A model generated the notes under the pieces. The model saw only the letters and a program-made list of their open reading frames with translations, made no database searches and had not been told where the DNA came from. A DNA stretch of 55,372 bases, filler included, from Sphacelaria rigidula (lineage: Eukaryota), in assembly GCA_964200075.2 (NCBI GenBank). It is 6 parts of 6 records of this genome, joined end to end, with 100 filler letters (N's around TTAATTAATTAA, not from the genome) between each part and the next. Parts side by side here need not be neighbours in the genome. Positions count along the whole stretch, not along the records: positions 46,228 to 55,372 come from CAXNAA020009190.1; 5 more parts are not named here. One strand, written 5' to 3'. Shown piece after piece: positions 49,529 to 55,372 of this stretch. The first letter of the stretch is position 1. Each line of letters begins with the position of its first letter. Both the position numbers and the translations under genes were made by a program.

Positions 49529-52500
49529 TCCATAAGGGGTAGAACCCGAGATAAGCGCGCAGATGACCCGGGTATGATTACGCGGCCCCGACGCGATGCC
49601 CTGCTTATAGACACGACCTCGAAGCGGCGCCTTGTCAGTTCAAGCCATGATGTGCTTGCCATCGAAGCCTCAGAGTTATGAGGGCTTTCTTCTGGAAGGA
49701 ATGAAGGCCCGCATGAAAATCGTAGGCTTCCTCTATTACACTAACGTTGTCAAATCTTGCTTGTGGATACTGTGTATTTCCTGATCGATTCGAGCGACTT
49801 GTGTGGGTGTTTACACGTAGCTTAGCTGACGGCAGAATTCCGTTGCTGCAGTATTCTTCATTCAGATACTTTTCCTCGGCCGTAAAACGAGGCTCATGAC
49901 CTGCACACTATATCGTGCACAGTACTACAGTACCGTACTACGCAAGAATTGTCTTAATTCCCCACCATTTTGGTGGATCGATTAGTTGTTATAACGCGTT
50001 TGTGACGTCATGATTTACCTTTATTTTTTGTACAGAATTGTCACACATAATTCGACACGAAAAAAATGGAGATACCCGTGGTCAACAACACACATAATTT
50101 ATGAGGGAAATTCCTCCGTCGGAGAACCGGTGAGGCAAGACTCTCTACCGCGACTGGATGTAATCGTGTCGAAAAAATATGCATATATACTGTTTTCACA
50201 AAAGCCTGGATTCGTTTTTGAGGTTCAACATTTGGGTGAGGTTCAACTGACCATCGAAATTCCGTTTGTTTTGTCCAAAAGGCTCGAGATTCGCAAGCGG
50301 TTTCGACCGCGTAATCCTAACCTAGAAGTTTCGGCACGGCTGCGCAAGCATGATGATGAGCAGTCAAATAGAAAAACCGCCGCCACTGATTGTGCAGCAT
50401 CTTTTGAGCAGGGCCTGCGTCTAAGCGCTATGGAACACGTAACAAAGCATGCTGAAAACATACATTATATTTGGACTAGTCATCGAGTTTGCGAGCGTCT
50501 CTTGTTGAGTATCTGAGAGGGATTTTATACTGTTGCGCCGGCGACGATCGCCGTCAGCGGAACGATCCAATGCGGCGACAGACGCCAGCGATCTTTGAAA
50601 CGCAGCATCATTCAGGATTCTGCTGAGATATACCAGCACACCAGGGTACAGCACCACTACAGTACTGTCGTTAGTTGGATAAAATGGATGCCCCACAAAA
50701 AAGCTGCACACACAGACAACGGGGGTAAGGGCTAGTCCCACGCTTGGGGTTGTTTCGGCAGTAGCGCCCATGCGAGGCGCTTCATCCAGTCTGAACCAGC
50801 TATCACGCCTTGCATGGCCACTCCTGCCGTGGCTGTGTTGAGAACCGGTTTCGCGGTGAGGCTGTCGAACAATACCACTGTAGTGCAACGCGGTTACAAA
50901 ATCCGGGCCGTTTCTTAAAATTTAGAACCCGCATCAGCTGTAGTTTGAATATCCCTCCTGACGGTCCCAAACGGGGTCTGATCCAGCGGCAGAAAGCGCT
51001 GGCACCCTCCCCCTCAGATAGGATTTGCGATCGGAAAGGGAGGGAGCACTGTTCACAAGATATAATATTATTATTATTTATTATTATTATTTCCGCACAT
51101 TAGTCAGACCATATATATTTAGCAGTAGTAAAAGTGATTTGCTAACGTAAACGTGGCGCACTGAGAGAAGAAGGAAATCCCACTGAAACAGTGAAAAAAC
51201 ATGACAACAAACAAACGAAGAAACTACCGAACCTCCTCTCCGTCCAGATACAATCTTCGACCCACAGCTCGATCTTCTCTCGAATGGTCTTCTTTTTCGT
51301 GCTATCGTGACAATTCGGATGATGAATGACACACATCATCCAGATATAGAACCCCGAAAAACCGATGCCGTTCATTCGCTCTCACTGTTTCTCAAAGCCA
51401 CGACCAACAAGCGCACCTACTTGATGAAAACAGATGTGGAGGTCGCCATGGTGTTTGTGCGGAGTGATCACCTGTATATTAAATGTGAACCAATGACGAA
51501 GCCAGTACAGGAGCAGGTCCAACCGTGGACGGTTCGAGAGGCTCGAAATTCTCATCATATCTGTACAGCCGAATTTCCGGGACCCTGAGCAACAGTTCTC
51601 AACGGAGCGAGAGCTCCACATAGCAGAAGCGCCGCCGTTGAGCCCTGGGGAGTCACAACTGAACTCCAATAACTGTCCAACAACAGAACACCAACGATTT
51701 TGTACCCTGCGCAGCTTGACTCCAAGAGCCTCACTCTCCGACTACAGTCAATCCTTGCCTAAATAACAAGAAAGAAAATCATCGTCTAGCCTTGACGGTT
51801 GCTACGGTGACCACCGTAAGTCACGCTAGTTTCATTTTTTTCTATTTTTTCAGAGGTATGATATCGTGGTCAAACTTGAAGCAAAACGCTTTCAATTGAA
51901 AGCGATTTTTGCAGGTTTTGTAGATACGACGACTCATTACGATTCCTGTTCGATCCCAAACTTTGAGAATCGAGAGACATGACTACAGTACCCGACACAA
52001 GTTTCGAGAAAAAGATATATTGTACGACCAATTTTGAACGAGATACGAGCTCACCGGTCATTGGGAGCTGTACAGGTGCGTAGCCCCCCCCCCCCGGCTC
52101 TCGTTCTTTGATATTTTGGCTCGATCGAACCGATCCGGATCGTTAGAATGAATGTTTCTATTTTCTCGATATTCGTTGCCCTACAGCCGAAAAAACATGT
52201 TTTTGGGTCAAATACGGTCAATAACACCCCTTGGATAAACGGGGTTTTACTCAGCATCTTTCCGACAACACAAAATTGAAAAATGTGCCCTACGCACGAC
52301 CTGCTTCTTTTTTAAGCGCCAACAGGCTATCAAACTCTCGGGTCAAGGTGGCGAATCATCTGTGGAAAAATCCCGATTGAGTGAATACCATATTCGAAGT
52401 TTGACTACTTTTGTACCCGTACCCTTCCCGTACGCATCAGGTCGACTGCGAGAATTTACAATGCTGAAACTGTGTTGATTGCTGTATGTACAATCTTCGC

Positions 52501-54863
52501 GGAGAGGAGGAGAAAAAAAAAAAATGGACACCGATCGAGCGAGATATCTCCAAAAACTCGACAAATTATCTTGCAACCTTGAATTCACGCAGAAGATACG
52601 GCGCGATTCTCGACGCCGCAAACAAAACAAAGCAAGACAAAACAAAATGTCGCAGGGGACAGACAGGGTTGTGGGTGAATTCACACACATGATTTTCCAC
52701 CTCATGTGGATTGGCCCTGAGCACCTTGCAGTCACGGAAAGGTTGAATGAAAATCATCCTCGAAGTCCACATCGTCACACACCCCGTCTGTATCTACTGT
52801 CATTTTAGATCATCAACCAAAAGAGAAGAAAAAAATGATAGTACTGTAGAAATTACGCGTCAATGTTCACGCGTAAAATTGCAAAAAGAAGGGAAAAAAA
52901 TAAAGAACGAAAAATGAACAAGAACGAAACAGGTCTTACTCGTCGAAGATCCGACTTTTTTAGATCATGTGCCCCGAGTCGGTCTTCATTACAGAGCTTC
53001 TTGTCAAGGCAGCGAATGGTCATACGCCACCAAGCGCAACAAACACTGCGATAATTCTCAAAACCTTTCGAGTCTGCTCCATGCAAGCAAGCATCACAGA
53101 ACGTCAAAAAAAAAAAACACGCACACACATATAAAACCCGATGTCCCCACCGAATCACATAGCCGGTCGGATAATCACAATCTCTTACACTGCATAATAA
53201 CCAAAACGTAATCGGAGCACCAAACTACACCAGACCAACAAAAATCAGCCAAACGTTGAAACTCCATCAGACCGTACAATTTCACCACAAAACAACGATA
53301 AAACCAAGGGTGCCTACGTGCTGCGATCGGAGGGGTTGAAGCAAAAAAGCAAGCAATCGAGGAAGGAAAAAAAATAAAATAAAATAGTAACACTCCTGCC
53401 GAAACCCAACAGCACGTCAAACCTCGAGCAAGAGACGGACACATGCCACAAACGACTTGCATAACGGTGCACAGGTATTACAAAACACTCATAATCCCCC
53501 CTCCATCCACACGCCTCCTCCATCGGCACACGCGCCATCCTTCTATATATACCCCTATACATATTGTTCGGTCGAGTCATCGTCCAGGTACATCATAAAA
53601 GAAAATATTTGCACAAAGGCACCGACCAGGATGCGCACTTTGATTTTCCACCCGTAACTTATCTCGACAACTACGGTGCTGCTAACCATGACAAGTGTGA
53701 AAGCACAAACTTTCTGAAAACCTTAAAAAATCATACAGACGTGCATGAAAAATCTCCTTGGTTTTACCAACTCCATCCCCTGTTACAGTCAGTCCCACCA
53801 ATAACTTGTTCGAGATGGGGGGAATCGAAGACGCACATTTTCCACCTCATCCCACCCACCCTATTCCGGCGCGTCCCGTCAGAGTTTTGACGTGATTCTT
53901 CACGTGGACTAGGTAAGTTCTCATATGGCACCATTGAACCGGGCGGGGGGAAAAATATAAGAACCTCCCCCGGCCATCTTCCAGACTGGGCAACACTCTC
54001 TCGTATTGTCATTTTTTAACCGGACGGCACACCAATGAAGAAATCCCACGTCGAAATCTCCGAACCAAACGGAAGCGAAAAAAAAAAAATCACCGCGAGA
54101 CCATCTTTGGACCGAGCGCAGACAGCTCTCAACTCCCTGACCACCTTCGGACCGGACGAAAGAAGTAAAAATGATCGTCTTACATGGTCATCATCCAACT
54201 GGCTCCGAAACACGGTTACGCCAAGAACTCCACGTGAACCGCCCTCCTCCCCCCCCTCGCACACGCACCACCAGACTTCGGTGCTTTGGAACCGTTGGTG
54301 TAAAAATGACGATTTACCAGTGACGTTTTCTCGGGCAAGATATGGTTGTTCTTCTGAAACTGTTGATGATGCAGCCCCACCAAAGCGGTGCACCAATCCA
54401 AGTTCAAGTTTAATCATGAGACAGATTCGTGCACCGAACTCGAAGTGACGTTTCCCCGGTGACAAAAGCTCGCATATGGGAATTTGTACCGTTTTTCGCG
54501 GGTCCCGAAAGGGTTAGATGTGCTTCATGCTTACGGCACGCCGTTCAGAGTAGTAGCTACTACTGGAGACATCTATAAATGTTTTCTTCTATGGTAGCAG
54601 TGCACCGCATACAATAATAACAACAGCAACAACTAAACAAACGGAAGAACAAACGAACGAACGAAAGCAACATCGATGACATTAACTTCACGCAAGACCC
54701 GAAAAAAATCATTCACACAAGTAATAAGAGAGCAACACAACATATCACTTTCACTACTATTCCTACTACACTTCCACGAACCGCTCCCCCCCACGAGGAC
54801 ACGAGCTGCCCCTCTCCTCCTTGAAACGGCCTGCCTCTGCCTCCATCACAAATAAAACCTAAC

Positions 54864-55260
54864 CTTCCGCAGCAAGCGACGACGCATCGCCTGGCTTAAT
54901 CCCCAACGTGCCCAACAACCTAGTGGTTTCAGGCGAAGCCCCAGGAGGCGTGAACGAAATAAAAGGGGCCGAAGCACTTCCTGCTCCTGTACCACCCGGT
55001 GCCGCGGAGCGCGGCGTGGTCGGCACCATGATCGTACCCGCGGCGGCTAGATGACGATGCCAATGGACCGGGGTCTTCAGTCCCGTATCCCCTCCGCCCA
55101 AAATGCCTCCAATCGAGGATCGTGGTGTCCCGAGGGTTGGGGTGCCAGGGGTGCCCAGGGCGGGGAAGGAGTAGACGAAGTTCTTGCTGTCTTTGCGTAC
55201 GGCGTCGTCCAGAAACCTTGCCTTCTCTTGCTCCAAGAGGTCACGATCACGCTCCAACTC
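54864..55260 (-). CDS. Internal exon of an unidentified protein (coiled coil followed by G/T/P-rich region)
   Basis: The acceptor taagcag| opens ELERDRDLLEQEKARFLDDAVRKDSKNFVYSFPALGTPGTP...SSLAAE to a donor G|gttagg, with GC-rich coding-like composition. Confidence 0.6.
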
Positions 55261-55372
55261 CTGCTTACATGATTTGACCATGTGATTTCGTTTTTTGTTG
55301 GAGATAGAGGGCACGGGGGGGGAGGGGGGGGCTGGACTGCTGATCATGCATGCTATAGTCACAAGACCATAG

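Noticed and set aside
50421..50888. 155-aa minus-strand ORF as a gene
   Set aside because: Its 5' part matches the dispersed repeat at 15813-15895. A possible exon near 50465-50620 could not be linked in phase to other exons.

Overview
This is eukaryotic, intron-rich, repeat-rich nuclear DNA, most likely from a brown alga or another ochrophyte. That assignment is an inference from GT-AG multi-exon genes, a bipartite 'SWA-F' plastid presequence and the transposon complement. The window is not contiguous: it is six blocks of 9145-9146 bp joined by identical 100-bp N44-TTAATTAATTAA-N44 linkers, so nothing should be inferred across linkers. One gene can be reconstructed completely, a 7-exon secreted GH114 endo-alpha-1,4-galactosaminidase-like gene (minus, 3874-8857, 411 aa). 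Partial genes are the 3' end of an EF-hand (CML-like) gene, the first four exons of a plastid-targeted trigger-factor-like gene, a divergently oriented candidate secreted/membrane gene, the 3' exons of a gene with a 'DPCxGxxKxIxIxY' motif, and one internal exon at the right end. Mobile DNA includes a deleted Ty1/copia element, two LINE fragments, a Ty3/gypsy-like protease relic, three loci of a tRNA-derived SINE, a hAT-type MITE family with an 8-bp TSD, and several fold-back MITEs. I found no convincing new multi-gene system. The most unusual items are a ~90-bp loop-less palindromic element with an alternative T-shaped fold and paired substitutions between copies, and a tail-to-tail SINE palindrome whose 105-bp core is homogenised.
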